Below the pieces are notes generated by a model. It saw nothing but the letters and a program-made list of their open reading frames with translations. It made no database searches and was not told the origin of the DNA. Positions 7,795 through 17,726 of a DNA stretch of 61,575 nucleotides are shown in pieces. Numbering within the stretch: the stretch's first letter is position 1; the number at the start of each line of letters is the position of its first letter. This stretch comes from a virus (lineage: Duplodnaviria > Caudoviricetes). The stretch is taken from the IMG/VR virus record IMGVR_UViG_3300032081_000734, positions 1 through 61,575 of that record. The stretch is one strand, 5' to 3'. A program made the translations under genes and the position numbers.

Positions 7795-9504
7795 TTAGAC
7801 TATTCTACTGAAACCTTTTATCTTATCAAATTTAATTACGTTATCAAATTTATCGTAAAGGCCGTCTTTGTGAGAGATTACAAAGGTATTTGCACCCTTG
7901 ATAACATATTTGATAATCTTTAAAAATTCTTCTGTACCAAATCCGTCTAGAGAACTATCAAAAACTTCATCCATGACAAGAAGATTAGTATTGACAGAAT
8001 TTTTGGATCTGGCAATCTCTCTCCAGGTAAACAACAATGCGAGATCTATTCTCATTTTTTCACCTTCACTGAAAGATGCATATGAGAACTTATCATGAAT
8101 TGGGGATTGAATAGTCTCATTAAATTCTTCGTCAAGTTGAAAATTGATGTAAAAATCCATCATCCTCAAGTAACGATTAACTTGTTGATTTATAAGAGGC
8201 AAATATTTTTTAATGATTTGTCTCTTGACCCCACCATCTTTGAGAAGTGAAAACGCAAAGTCGTAGTATTTTAGAGATTCTTTATGCTCAGAAAGATCAG
8301 TATAGAGTTTATCTAATTGTGTCTGAAATGAAATTAATTTCTCATGTTCAGAATTTCTATTCTCGAGCTGACTGGCAATAGTTTGAATTTCAGATTCAAG
8401 TTGTCGTACTTGCCGCTGAAACCCAGATATTGTTGAATTGTTTTTAGAAATCTCATGGTTGAGGTTTACAATCTCCCTACTAATAGTTTTAAATTGCTGC
8501 TCTCGTTGTTCTTCATCTTTAATTGCACTCTCCAGTTCATTGAAACCAGATTGCAACTCTTGTGCTTTATTTTGAGCAGTACTAATTCTATTTAATCGAA
8601 ACTCTTCTTCTATATCTTGGGTGCATGTAGGGCATACCGTATTTTCTGTGAAGAACTTATGCTCTTTGGTAATGGTAGACACTTTTTGAGAGATTTTACC
8701 TCTAAGATTTCCCAGTTTACGCAACTTTATAGAAGCACTAGAATATACTTCCATCTCTTTCTGAAGATCATTGACTTTAGTTTGAGTTTCAGAATTATTA
8801 TTAATGGCATTATTCTCTTCCACAAGAAGATTTTGAATGCTATCTTCTTTTTGTTTAATATTTTGTTTACTACGATTTTCTAGCTCATCAATAAAATCTT
8901 GTTGCATCCTAATTTTTTCAAGAAAGGATTCTTTTTTTACATCAAGAATTTTTGTTTTTTCTCTGTAGGTTTTAATATTTTCTTTGATGAGTGAATTCAT
9001 TGCAGAGAAGATTCTAATATCTAGAATGTCTTCAATAACTTCTCTACGATGACCACCAGACAATTGCATAAAGGGAACAAACGTTGAGCTTCCCAGAATT
9101 ACAACTTGAGTAAAAGATTTATGATTTAGTTTTAAAATATTCTCTTCTAATATTCTTTGATTTGATCTATCGTCTGCTTCTTTATGAAGAGCTACTCCAT
9201 CGACTTCAATATCAAAGACGTTCGGTTTCATTCCTCTCCGAACAAAATATTTTTTATTTCCAACATTAAATTTAACCTCCACAAGACAATTCTTTTCATT
9301 GATTGTGTTGACTAATTGTGGTTTATTAATTTTGCGAAATGGTTTATTGAATAAGGAAAATGATAATGCATCTAGCAAAGTTGATTTTCCAGATCCGTTG
9401 GAACCAATAATAATAGTATTACTGTTTTCAACAAAATTTATTTCAGTCCATTGATCACCTGTTGACAAAAAATTACGCCAACGAATACTCTCAAATAAAA
9501 TCAT
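7795..9504 (-). CDS. gp46: Recombination endonuclease subunit (SbcC/Rad50-like)
   Basis: Walker A GSNGSGKS, zinc hook CPTC, signature FSEGE, Walker B LLVMDE. Confidence 0.96.
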   Translation of the reverse strand: MILFESIRWRNFLSTGDQWTEINFVENSNTIIIGSNGSGKSTLLDALSFSLFNKPFRKINKPQLVNTINEKNCLVEVKFNVGNKKYFVRRGMKPNVFDIEVDGVALHKEADDRSNQRILEENILKLNHKSFTQVVILGSSTFVPFMQLSGGHRREVIEDILDIRIFSAMNSLIKENIKTYREKTKILDVKKESFLEKIRMQQDFIDELENRSKQNIKQKEDSIQNLLVEENNAINNNSETQTKVNDLQKEMEVYSSASIKLRKLGNLRGKISQKVSTITKEHKFFTENTVCPTCTQDIEEEFRLNRISTAQNKAQELQSGFNELESAIKDEEQREQQFKTISREIVNLNHEISKNNSTISGFQRQVRQLESEIQTIASQLENRNSEHEKLISFQTQLDKLYTDLSEHKESLKYYDFAFSLLKDGGVKRQIIKKYLPLINQQVNRYLRMMDFYINFQLDEEFNETIQSPIHDKFSYASFSEGEKMRIDLALLFTWREIARSKNSVNTNLLVMDEVFDSSLDGFGTEEFLKIIKYVIKGANTFVISHKDGLYDKFDNVIKFDKIKGFSRIV

Positions 9505-9505
9505 A

Positions 9506-9769
9506 CTATTTTAATGGTGGAACAACTAAATCATCGGGGGTGATAATTATATATTTTACTCCTTTCAATTCACAAGTTTTAACGGCAAGTTCAGGATTAA
9601 CTTCTACTGCTTCTACTGATCCAGTTTCATCATCCTGAGTTTCCAACATCATAGCATACCTTTCGGCATCATCTGCTTCTTCAAAGAAAAATAAAATTTT
9701 CTCACGCTTTCTATTATAGACTGCATAAGCACCCTCTTGCTTTTTTTTCCTATGAACAAGCATGTACAT
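9506..9769 (-). CDS. Conserved hypothetical protein between gp47 and gp46
   Basis: 87-aa ORF, FEEADDAERYAMML motif, tightly packed. Confidence 0.7.
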   Translation of the reverse strand: MYMLVHRKKKQEGAYAVYNRKREKILFFFEEADDAERYAMMLETQDDETGSVEAVEVNPELAVKTCELKGVKYIIITPDDLVVPPLK

Positions 9770-10818
9770 TAATCAACCTCACAAGCTGAAGTATAAACTT
9801 TTTCCAGAATTGATTTCACCTTTGAAGTATTTAAACTACATTCAGATTCATCAACATATCTATTCAAAATAGAAAGTGTGTTTTCAGACTCATCAGTTGT
9901 AAATTCATCACTTTGATAAAAACCATTAAAATCAAAGTTTTCAACAATCTTCAAATCATTCACTCCAGATTGATAAAGTTTATCAATAAATCTTTCAAAC
10001 TTAGCTCCATTACTTTTTTTGTTAACTACAACTTTAACAATTTTATCTTTGTATGGTTCTGCGTTAAAGGTTTGATGTGGAGTATCTTCGTATGAAATAA
10101 TATGAAATAGTCTATGTGGATTATTTACTGGAGTATGCTCTAAAGTTTCGGTATCAAAAATGTGACATCCTCTAGTTTCTTCTACATCATGCCAATAAAT
10201 TTCATATGGATTTCCAAGATAGTAGATATTGTCTTGGAAATTTCTATGATGATAATGTCCAGAGAAAACTTTTTCAAACTTCTTATAATTTGTTTTATCT
10301 TCACCGTGTTCACAAATATAAGTTTTATTTGCAAAAAATCCTCTCATCTCAAGATGGCCAAAAGCAACTTTTGATTTTGTCGAATTTATCATTCCCACAG
10401 TTTCTTCACGATTTTCATCGTTGATCCATGGAATGAAGAACATATCTAGACCACCAATTTTAACTTCGGTAGGACTTCCATAAACAACAACGTTATCATA
10501 CTCTCGCAATAGTAGATCAACAGAGTTAATGTCGTTAGTGTCTTTGTAATATGCTGTATGATTTCCGACAATTGTATGTACAGTGACACCCATATCCCTG
10601 AGGATATTATAATAGTTCTCTTTAGCCCAGTTAAGAGACCAGAAATCAATCCCTTTACGAGTGTCAAAAGTATCACCCATATCGATAATAGTATCGATGC
10701 ATTCTTTTTTGAGGGTTGGGAAGAAAACGGTGTCATAGAATTTTTTAAAATACTCATGAAGATTTTGGTTTCCCTTTCTTGCGCCAAAATGCTGATCCGT
10801 AATAACTGCAACTTTCAA
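9769..10818 (-). CDS. gp47: Recombination endonuclease subunit (SbcD/Mre11-like)
   Basis: Metallophosphoesterase motifs DQHFG, GD, GNH, GHYH. Confidence 0.96.
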   Translation of the reverse strand: MKVAVITDQHFGARKGNQNLHEYFKKFYDTVFFPTLKKECIDTIIDMGDTFDTRKGIDFWSLNWAKENYYNILRDMGVTVHTIVGNHTAYYKDTNDINSVDLLLREYDNVVVYGSPTEVKIGGLDMFFIPWINDENREETVGMINSTKSKVAFGHLEMRGFFANKTYICEHGEDKTNYKKFEKVFSGHYHHRNFQDNIYYLGNPYEIYWHDVEETRGCHIFDTETLEHTPVNNPHRLFHIISYEDTPHQTFNAEPYKDKIVKVVVNKKSNGAKFERFIDKLYQSGVNDLKIVENFDFNGFYQSDEFTTDESENTLSILNRYVDESECSLNTSKVKSILEKVYTSACEVD

Positions 10819-11093
10819 AGTTTAACACCCATAGCAACGGAAGTAACATACGTGTAATCGTCAAGTGTGCCTTCTTGCAGACACTTAAGATGCCATCTAG
10901 TCATCTTGATAACTCCTTCTTCAGTAGCACCAGTAATGAAATTAGCTCCAAAAGGATTTCTTAGTACACTGGTATAAAGACCAAAACGAGTTGCTTTGAC
11001 GTAAAAGATATCATCAATCCAGACTTGATCATCAGGAATATTTTTTTCAATTGTAGGATTAGGACCTAGACTAGTTGATAATGTAGATTTCAT
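10815..11093 (-). CDS. Hypothetical protein
   Basis: 92-aa ORF coupled to gp55 and gp47. Confidence 0.65.
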   Translation of the reverse strand: MKSTLSTSLGPNPTIEKNIPDDQVWIDDIFYVKATRFGLYTSVLRNPFGANFITGATEEGVIKMTRWHLKCLQEGTLDDYTYVTSVAMGVKL

Positions 11094-11596
11094 CGGTTCA
11101 TTTTCGTCTGAATGTTTTCCTTAATTGTATTATAGTCTGAACTATCTCTAGAAAGCAAGCTATTATCTACTGCCATTACCTCAGCAAATCCAGATTTTTC
11201 GATGATACGATTTTTAATTTCTAATTGTTTTTTCTCTTTACCTATTCTTCTCAAAAATGCAAAGTAAATAATCTGAGTAAAGTATGCAAATGGATTACTT
11301 GACTTTGCTGGATCAAAGTTAGTAACGTATTCAATACAGTTTTCCAAACCATCAGAGATCATGTCTTCCTTAAACATGTAGTTGACAAAGTTTGGTTTAT
11401 GCGATAAATGATCGCCAATCTTTTTAAAACAAGTTCCTAGGTATTCATGAGTTTTTTTAAACTCCCTTGACTCCTTTAAAAGATCTGATTTTGTTTTACC
11501 TTCAGCTTCAGCATTTTTAAGGAAAGTTTTATATTTGTTTATCTCAAACAAAAACTCTTTATTATTTACATAATGTTCTGGTTTTTTCTTTACCAT
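11090..11596 (-). CDS. gp55: Late-transcription sigma factor
   Basis: HYVNNKEF, PNFVNY, NPFAYFTQIIYFAFLRRI motifs. Confidence 0.95.
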   Translation of the reverse strand: MVKKKPEHYVNNKEFLFEINKYKTFLKNAEAEGKTKSDLLKESREFKKTHEYLGTCFKKIGDHLSHKPNFVNYMFKEDMISDGLENCIEYVTNFDPAKSSNPFAYFTQIIYFAFLRRIGKEKKQLEIKNRIIEKSGFAEVMAVDNSLLSRDSSDYNTIKENIQTKMNR

Positions 11597-11620
11597 TATC
11601 TATGAGTGATGCTTGATAAG

Positions 11621-11649
11621 ATTATATCATATATGACATGACTTGTCAA
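11621..11649 (-). promoter_or_regulatory. Consensus sigma70 promoter for gp55
   Basis: TTGACA-17 nt-TATAAT, exact. Confidence 0.85.
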
Positions 11650-11651
11650 AC

Positions 11652-11680
11652 TTGACAAAGGTCCCAAAATCATGTACAAT
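11652..11680 (+). promoter_or_regulatory. Divergent (antisense) sigma70-like promoter
   Basis: TTGACA-17 nt-TACAAT on the plus strand. Confidence 0.6.
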
Positions 11681-11705
11681 CTGGCTTGTCCAGGATGAAA
11701 AGACA

Positions 11706-12164
11706 TTAAAGCTCTTTAGTATTATCTTTAATATCTTTTTTGAATAAGTCTTCTAGAGATTTCTTAGTGTCACTGATTGTTCCTAAGAATCCCATCTTCT
11801 TACTTATATTCTTTTCTACATCAGATTTGTCAACTAAGTCTTCTTGATATTCTTCTTTCAATTCATTCTTTTGATCATTAAAATCTGTATATAAATTAAT
11901 TAAATCTATATCATTAATTTCAGTCATTGTTATGACTTTAGATAATCGAATAAAAAATATATCTTCTTCAGTAGTTTTTAGCCAAGGTTCTAATTTTATT
12001 TGAGAAAATGCACCTTGAGTACTGTATTGTATTACTATTGGTTCTTGTAAAATAATCAAAGGATCTAAGGCATCAGTATCATCTACCATTATTAGAGATA
12101 CAATTTCTTCACCAGAGACTAGTTTTAAGGTGCAATAGAATTCTCTTTCTAGATCTGAATTCAT
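11706..12164 (-). CDS. Conserved hypothetical protein (possible Sm-like fold)
   Basis: LKLVSGEEIV motif; lies between uvsW and gp55. Confidence 0.75.
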   Translation of the reverse strand: MNSDLEREFYCTLKLVSGEEIVSLIMVDDTDALDPLIILQEPIVIQYSTQGAFSQIKLEPWLKTTEEDIFFIRLSKVITMTEINDIDLINLYTDFNDQKNELKEEYQEDLVDKSDVEKNISKKMGFLGTISDTKKSLEDLFKKDIKDNTKEL

Positions 12165-13624
12165 TGAGATAACGCGACGTTTATAACTTCATAATTAAAT
12201 TTTTCTTCTTTATATATTTTGATTCTTTCTACTAGGTGATTAAGAGTATAGTTTCTTCTCTTGTTAAAAGTAATATCATCTGCAATATCAAAGAGAGTAG
12301 CTTTAGTTTTATTTTCACTTTTTCTAAGAACTCTTCCAATTGACTGAAGATTTCTTACTCTTGATTTTGAAGGTGATGCAAATATCACATTATGCAAATT
12401 TTTAATATTGATTCCAGTAGAGAATGTTCCATATGATGCAACAATAATTGCATCCGTTTCATCCTCAGTAATTCTGCGAATCTCTTCTCTATCTTCTGTT
12501 TCTACGCCGCCATAGACAAAGAAAACTTTTCTATTGCCTTTGACAGAATTATTTATCATATCAAATAATGGTTCACCATGAGTTTCTACTCGGGTAAACA
12601 ACACCAAAGTATTTCCTTTCTGAACCAAAGTTAAGTTTTTAATAAATCTATTTCTTTGTGGACTTTCGCATAGATAACGAATTTCTTCTTGATAACTATC
12701 AAACAATCTTGGTTTGTGCTTGAGAGCAATAATTTTTACATCTAAATCAGATAAATGCTTTTCTTTGATAAGTTCCTTTGTTTTGATAGTTGAATAAGAT
12801 GGACCGAAAAGACCTTCCAAAATCCATTTGTGAGTTTGACTACCATCAAGAGTTCCAGTAAATCCAAATCTATATTTGGCATCATACAATTTAGTCATAA
12901 TGCTGACTAGGGATTTTGATTTAAATAGGTGAGCCTCATCTCCGACTACAACTTCAAATCTGTCAAAGTATTTCTTTTCAAGTTTGTAAATAGATTGCCA
13001 AGTAGTGATGATAACTTGGTTTTTAGTTTCTCTTTCTCTACCACCATAAATTTTATGGCAATAGGATCCAACGTCCCATCCATAGTCAGCAAAGTCCTTG
13101 TACATTTGTTCTACAAGAGATGTGGTTGGAACGATGATTAAAGTATCTTTTCCTTTTTCAACATAATATCTGACTACAGAATAAATCATCAGAGATTTAC
13201 CAGATCCAGTAGGGGATACTATGAGTCTTCTATTGCACTTCAGAGCGTCGTAGACCGCTTGTATTTGATACTCTCTAGGTTTGTGTACAGATATGTGGGT
13301 CATGTAGTCTCTGACACCCTCATAGGAGATCATCTGATTTAAATCAATCGGATGGCCGTAATATTTGTTTTCTTCAAATTTATATTTGTATCCGTGATCA
13401 TCACAAAATCTCAATAACTTATCTAAGAGACCAATGTAAAGTTCTCCTGTTTGAATATTGAATAATCGTATTTTTCCATCCCACCATTTATTACGATATT
13501 GGGGCATGTACTTTGCTCCCTCAACATCGAAAGTAAATTGATCAGATAATTCGTGGCTAATGTGTGGTTCTGTTTTTACTCTGAGATATACTTCATTCTT
13601 CTTTGAAATAATCAATTCGGACAT
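12161..13624 (-). CDS. uvsW: RNA-DNA/DNA-DNA helicase
   Basis: PTGSGKS, DEAH, TGT, QSIGRVLR SF2 motifs. Confidence 0.96.
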   Translation of the reverse strand: MSELIISKKNEVYLRVKTEPHISHELSDQFTFDVEGAKYMPQYRNKWWDGKIRLFNIQTGELYIGLLDKLLRFCDDHGYKYKFEENKYYGHPIDLNQMISYEGVRDYMTHISVHKPREYQIQAVYDALKCNRRLIVSPTGSGKSLMIYSVVRYYVEKGKDTLIIVPTTSLVEQMYKDFADYGWDVGSYCHKIYGGRERETKNQVIITTWQSIYKLEKKYFDRFEVVVGDEAHLFKSKSLVSIMTKLYDAKYRFGFTGTLDGSQTHKWILEGLFGPSYSTIKTKELIKEKHLSDLDVKIIALKHKPRLFDSYQEEIRYLCESPQRNRFIKNLTLVQKGNTLVLFTRVETHGEPLFDMINNSVKGNRKVFFVYGGVETEDREEIRRITEDETDAIIVASYGTFSTGINIKNLHNVIFASPSKSRVRNLQSIGRVLRKSENKTKATLFDIADDITFNKRRNYTLNHLVERIKIYKEEKFNYEVINVALSQ

Positions 13625-13650
13625 ATAATTAAGTCATCACTTAAAAATAT

Positions 13651-13833
13651 TTAGTCCTCTGAATTGAACTGATCTTCTAAAATAAGTCTATAAAAATTAT
13701 CTCTCATTGCAATTAAGTTCTCTTGTTCTTCAGGTTCTCCTCCTGACCATTTTTGAACTGCCTGTCGAAGGCCTTCATGGATAAGTCTAATTCCTCGAAT
13801 ATTTAATTCGATCTGGTAGTATTGATCGTCCAT
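13651..13833 (-). CDS. Hypothetical protein
   Basis: 60-aa ORF coupled to the uvsY stop. Confidence 0.6.
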   Translation of the reverse strand: MDDQYYQIELNIRGIRLIHEGLRQAVQKWSGGEPEEQENLIAMRDNFYRLILEDQFNSED

Positions 13834-14261
13834 TACATTCCTGCTTGAAATTTCATCCAGTCAATTGCATTTTTGATGGCATAATTTCTATTTGACAAAG
13901 ATTTGATAATTTCCTCAAGATATTTAAGCATCGTATCATAGTATCTAATTTTCAATTCAACCTGACTCACTTTGCTATCAGCAGTCATATATCTATTTAA
14001 AGCTTCTTTATCTCTTACTTTGTATGGAAAAGGTTCTTCCTCGTATACATCAGGATCTGCCTTTCCAGTATAATAGACATGTCTTTCTAGATAAACTCTA
14101 TTATAAGTCTCTTTAGCCCTTTCTCTTAACAGTAATATTGTATTGTATACTTCATAATATTTGGAATGAAGTTGTGAAGTTTTTAGTGATTCGTTTGCTA
14201 GATCGTCTTTGTCTATTACAGAATCACGGGTCCACATCTTCTGAATGTCATCAAGATTCAT
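13833..14261 (-). CDS. uvsY: Recombination mediator
   Basis: LHSKY, YYTGKA, IKNAIDWMKFQAG. Confidence 0.93.
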   Translation of the reverse strand: MNLDDIQKMWTRDSVIDKDDLANESLKTSQLHSKYYEVYNTILLLRERAKETYNRVYLERHVYYTGKADPDVYEEEPFPYKVRDKEALNRYMTADSKVSQVELKIRYYDTMLKYLEEIIKSLSNRNYAIKNAIDWMKFQAGM

Positions 14262-14806
14262 AAATTAGTTCCACTTAAATTTGTTACTTCGTAAAGAGTA
14301 TACTTGAAAGTTACTTGAGCCGTAAAGAACTCTTCACTCTCCAGTTTAGTATTAAAATCCAATCCCGTCAAACTAACGGGGAATAGATCTTTGAACGTCA
14401 CTTTAAAATTTGGTCTGAAACTGCTGTTTAAAACAATAAGAGTTCCATCAGAGAACTGTTGTCCAAGATCCTCAGTTCCATTGGGGTTTTTTGTAAAATC
14501 ATCAAACTGTTTTGTTGACTTTGGAAATCCTATTCCAGTCATCCAATTATGGATTACCATATAATTTTCAAAATTCTCATCGACTAAGAATGATAATACA
14601 AAATCATCATATTGAAGTTGATCTCCAGGAACATCTATGTTCTTCAAGTACGATGGTTGAATTACTGTGTTAAGACTAATTTGTGGAATATTAACTGTCT
14701 GAGAAAAAAATGTTATCTTCGGACTCTTTCTAATAGAAAACTCAAACCCACCAGGAGTCAAAAAATTCCTATTTTGAATTTGTGTTCTAAATGGCGAGAC
14801 TGACAT
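14258..14806 (-). CDS. gp3: Tail completion / sheath stabiliser
   Basis: NFL, PGD, FLVDENFENY, FPVSL motifs; follows gp23. Confidence 0.9.
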   Translation of the reverse strand: MSVSPFRTQIQNRNFLTPGGFEFSIRKSPKITFFSQTVNIPQISLNTVIQPSYLKNIDVPGDQLQYDDFVLSFLVDENFENYMVIHNWMTGIGFPKSTKQFDDFTKNPNGTEDLGQQFSDGTLIVLNSSFRPNFKVTFKDLFPVSLTGLDFNTKLESEEFFTAQVTFKYTLYEVTNLSGTNL

Positions 14807-14829
14807 GGAGCTTTTAATTCTATTTAGAT

Positions 14830-14854
14830 AAAAAAAGGGACCTTTGAGGTCCCT
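14830..14854 (-). terminator. Rho-independent terminator, followed by late promoter CTAAATA
   Basis: AGGGACCT-CAA-AGGTCCCT plus T run. Confidence 0.85.
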
Positions 14855-14860
14855 GAAATT

Positions 14861-15034
14861 TTAAAATAGTAACTCCTTACAAATCTTTTTACAATGGCTT
14901 TTGCCATCAACATCACATTCAATTAAACATTCATAATAGTCACTAATTTTTTGATCCTCCGTTTCTATGTCAGTTACTGTTTGTGCAAGATGTCTCCACT
15001 CATCAAATTGAGATCTGGATAGTAGATTGTGCAT
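14861..15034 (-). CDS. Small Cys-rich hypothetical protein (57 aa)
   Basis: Hand-translated MHNLLSRSQFDEW...YECLIEC...CKKICKELLF; GGAG RBS upstream and own terminator downstream. Confidence 0.7.
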   Translation of the reverse strand: MHNLLSRSQFDEWRHLAQTVTDIETEDQKISDYYECLIECDVDGKSHCKKICKELLF

Positions 15035-15038
15035 TTTT

Positions 15039-15062
15039 CAAACTCCGTTTCAAACTCCGTTT
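15039..15062. repeat. 12-bp direct duplication containing the RBS
   Basis: caaactccgttt twice. Confidence 0.8.
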
Positions 15063-15193
15063 AGACTTACATAATATATTTGAAATTTCAGAGCATAGTT
15101 ATCTTCCTAATACTGTATTATATAGTCAGCATATGCTAACTTTACATAGTTTATGTAATGAAAATTATTGCCTACTAATTTATACCTAGGCAT

Positions 15194-15216
15194 AAAAAAA
15201 GGACCCCGAAGGGTCC
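15194..15216 (-). terminator. Rho-independent terminator of gp23
   Basis: GGACCC-TTCG-GGGTCC plus T7 (cUUCGg tetraloop). Confidence 0.92.
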
Positions 15217-15239
15217 AAGTAGTTGTGTATCCTGATGGA

Positions 15240-16661
15240 TCACATAAGGTTCTTGACGGAAACGCGACGGTAGTAGCGGTTGGTGGCAGCCTTGACAGCG
15301 CCGAACGCCTGATCGGTTCCTTCTGCGAATGGGTTAGCGACCATGCCGTAGCGGGTCTTAAAGCCAATCTTGGGTTGGAAGGTGTCCTGTCCAACTGCAC
15401 GAACCATCTGAAGAGGAACGTATGGGCAGTAGAATAGACCAGCGTCATAAGGTGAAGTACCCTTATAACCAACAACGTAGTACTGAAGAGCACTGTTGTT
15501 TGAAGCATAAGGATCGATGTAGACCTTATACTTACCGTTGATAGTACCAGCAAAGGTGTTGCCAGTGTCGTCAACGTTAAGGTTAGCGTTGAGTGCAGGG
15601 GTGTAATCAAGTACACCAGCCATGGTTAGCGCAGAAGCAACATCAGCAGAAGTTAGGATGATGTTACCCTTTCCTCTACGAGTTCTTTGTGCAATCTGGT
15701 TAGCATCTCTTTCGATCTGGAAGAGGAGTCCTTTGAACTTCTCAACGGACCAACGACCGTTGCTGTCGATGTCTAGGTCAAACTGACCAGCGGTAGCGGT
15801 GTTAAGTTGAGCACCAGCTTCAGCAGTCTTGTAGATAGTTCTGATAACTTCTCTGTTGATTTCCGCAAGGATTTCAGTTGAGAGAATGTTAGCAAGTTCT
15901 GCTTCAGCGTTAAGACCGTGGATTGCCTTAAGGTCTTGTGCAAGTTCCAAGGAGTACTCAGCCTTGAGTGCTCTGGACTTAGCGGTTACGGTGACTTTCT
16001 CGATTGAGAATGCCATCTGGTTGAAGTCAGTTCCACTCTCGCCTAGGGCTTCAGAGTCGGTAACTGCCATACCCTGACCAGTGCTGTATGTTGCAGGAGC
16101 AGCATTAGGATCAAGTACACCAGGATTTGAACCACGCTGTAGCGTAGTACCGAAACCAACGGTGCCATCGCTGTCAGCACCACCAGTGTAGTCACCCTGA
16201 GTTGCAGAGTAACCAGAGTTCTGTGCAGAGAATGCGGAATCTGCTTCGTTGAACAAAGCTTCGGTTCCATTCATGTTCTCATAGCGAGAACGCATTGCGA
16301 AGATAAGTCCAGTAGGACCGTTCATTGGTTGTACACCAGCAAGGTCATAAGCGACCAAGTTGGGCATGGAGCGACGGATGAGACTGATCAGTACGGGATC
16401 GAAACCACCAGTGGGTGAACCACTGTCAGTACCACCAGAACCACGGTAGTATGCACCACCACCTGTGGAGAATGAGTTGGTGGGAGTAGCTTCTTGAAGG
16501 TCATAACCCTCAGAGAAAGCACGCTCTTCGTTTAGGAAACGCTCTTGGTTCTCAAGTAGTTGGGCTGTTACAGCTCTACGGTGGTTGTCCTTAATAGGAT
16601 CACTACCTTCGTAGTCTAGGAGAGGTGCCCACTTCTCCATTAATTGGGGATTGTTATACAT
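15240..16661 (-). CDS. gp23: Major capsid protein
   Basis: KWAPLL, GVQPMNGPTGLIFAMR, FYCPYVPL, GFKTRYG. Confidence 0.98.
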   Translation of the reverse strand: MYNNPQLMEKWAPLLDYEGSDPIKDNHRRAVTAQLLENQERFLNEERAFSEGYDLQEATPTNSFSTGGGAYYRGSGGTDSGSPTGGFDPVLISLIRRSMPNLVAYDLAGVQPMNGPTGLIFAMRSRYENMNGTEALFNEADSAFSAQNSGYSATQGDYTGGADSDGTVGFGTTLQRGSNPGVLDPNAAPATYSTGQGMAVTDSEALGESGTDFNQMAFSIEKVTVTAKSRALKAEYSLELAQDLKAIHGLNAEAELANILSTEILAEINREVIRTIYKTAEAGAQLNTATAGQFDLDIDSNGRWSVEKFKGLLFQIERDANQIAQRTRRGKGNIILTSADVASALTMAGVLDYTPALNANLNVDDTGNTFAGTINGKYKVYIDPYASNNSALQYYVVGYKGTSPYDAGLFYCPYVPLQMVRAVGQDTFQPKIGFKTRYGMVANPFAEGTDQAFGAVKAATNRYYRRVSVKNLM

Positions 16662-16711
16662 TTTGGGAGTTTTTTGTTTAAGGTTTTACAATAAATGATC
16701 TATGTTAACGA

Positions 16712-17671
16712 TCACTTAATTCTGGAGAGAGTTTCTAAGTAACGAGACATTGAACCAGAAAAATCTGGACCACTGCCTACACCCTCAGAAAGAGTTTCTG
16801 AAGTGTCGGCTACGACAGCTTCTGATGGAAAATATGACTCTCTTAGAGTCGTTAACTTATCACGGTAAGATTCTTCACCCTCAAACTCAACACCTTCTGC
16901 TAGAGAAGCGAGTTTCTCCTTCTGAGTTAGGGCAAGACCTTCAGAAACTGCTGCGAAGATTCCTTCAGCAGTAGATTCTCCAAGTCTGCGATTCAGATGG
17001 ATATTTCTCTCGATTTGCTCGTTGAGCTTGGTCTCCATGTCATCAAGTTTTTCTACCATATTCTCAACAACATCATATTTATCTTCAGGGATTGATACAT
17101 AATGATCTTCAAAAAGACTCTTCATTCCTTCAAGGAATGATTCGGTCATCTCAGTTTTCAGACCATGTTCGATCTGAAGTGAATTTTCTTCGATCCATTC
17201 TTGAGAAACATACTCAAGGTAGGAATCGACTCTTTCAACTAGTTCGGACTTCATGCCCTCTAGTTGTTCTGCAAGAGCTGCTTGTGATTGCTCTTCGATT
17301 TGTGCTTTGACTTGCTCAACACGCATGTGAAGGGCAGCTTCAAAAACAGTTTTTGCTTTTTCTTGGAACTCTTCGGAGAGTTCTTCACCAGCGAATAGAG
17401 CGGCAACATCTTCTTCGACGTTGACTTCTTCGATGGTGTTCTCCACTGCTTCGACTTCTTCTTTCTTAGTTGCGCCCTGACCTTGTGGTGCAGGAGCTTG
17501 ATTGATAGAAGCAGCAGGGTCTTTTAGTTTGGCTGAATCGTCGTCGGGACGATAGTTCTCTGGGGTAGGACCACCGAGATCTTCGATTTGAGCTCCACCA
17601 GCAACCATTGGTGCTGGAGCAGCTGCGCCTTTGCTCACGACGTTATCCATTTCTTGTAAATTAGCGGACAT
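16712..17671 (-). CDS. gp22: Prohead core scaffolding protein
   Basis: Acidic coiled coil, LSEEF..KA.TVFEAA, VDSYLEYV..EW. Confidence 0.93.
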   Translation of the reverse strand: MSANLQEMDNVVSKGAAAPAPMVAGGAQIEDLGGPTPENYRPDDDSAKLKDPAASINQAPAPQGQGATKKEEVEAVENTIEEVNVEEDVAALFAGEELSEEFQEKAKTVFEAALHMRVEQVKAQIEEQSQAALAEQLEGMKSELVERVDSYLEYVSQEWIEENSLQIEHGLKTEMTESFLEGMKSLFEDHYVSIPEDKYDVVENMVEKLDDMETKLNEQIERNIHLNRRLGESTAEGIFAAVSEGLALTQKEKLASLAEGVEFEGEESYRDKLTTLRESYFPSEAVVADTSETLSEGVGSGPDFSGSMSRYLETLSRIK

Positions 17672-17716
17672 GTAAACTCTCCGAAAGTAGATCTATATTG
17701 GTAAGTTGACTATACT

Positions 17717-17724
17717 TATTTATA
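17717..17724 (-). promoter_or_regulatory. T4-type late promoter TATAAATA
   Basis: Exact match upstream of gp22. Confidence 0.8.
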
Positions 17725-17726
17725 AA

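Noticed and set aside
15107-15616. 169-aa alternative-frame ORF overlapping the gp23 3' end, a possible frameshifted capsid extension
   Set aside because: No slippery heptamer seen near the gp23 stop, and the frame crosses the strong UUCG terminator; best explained as a codon-bias shadow.
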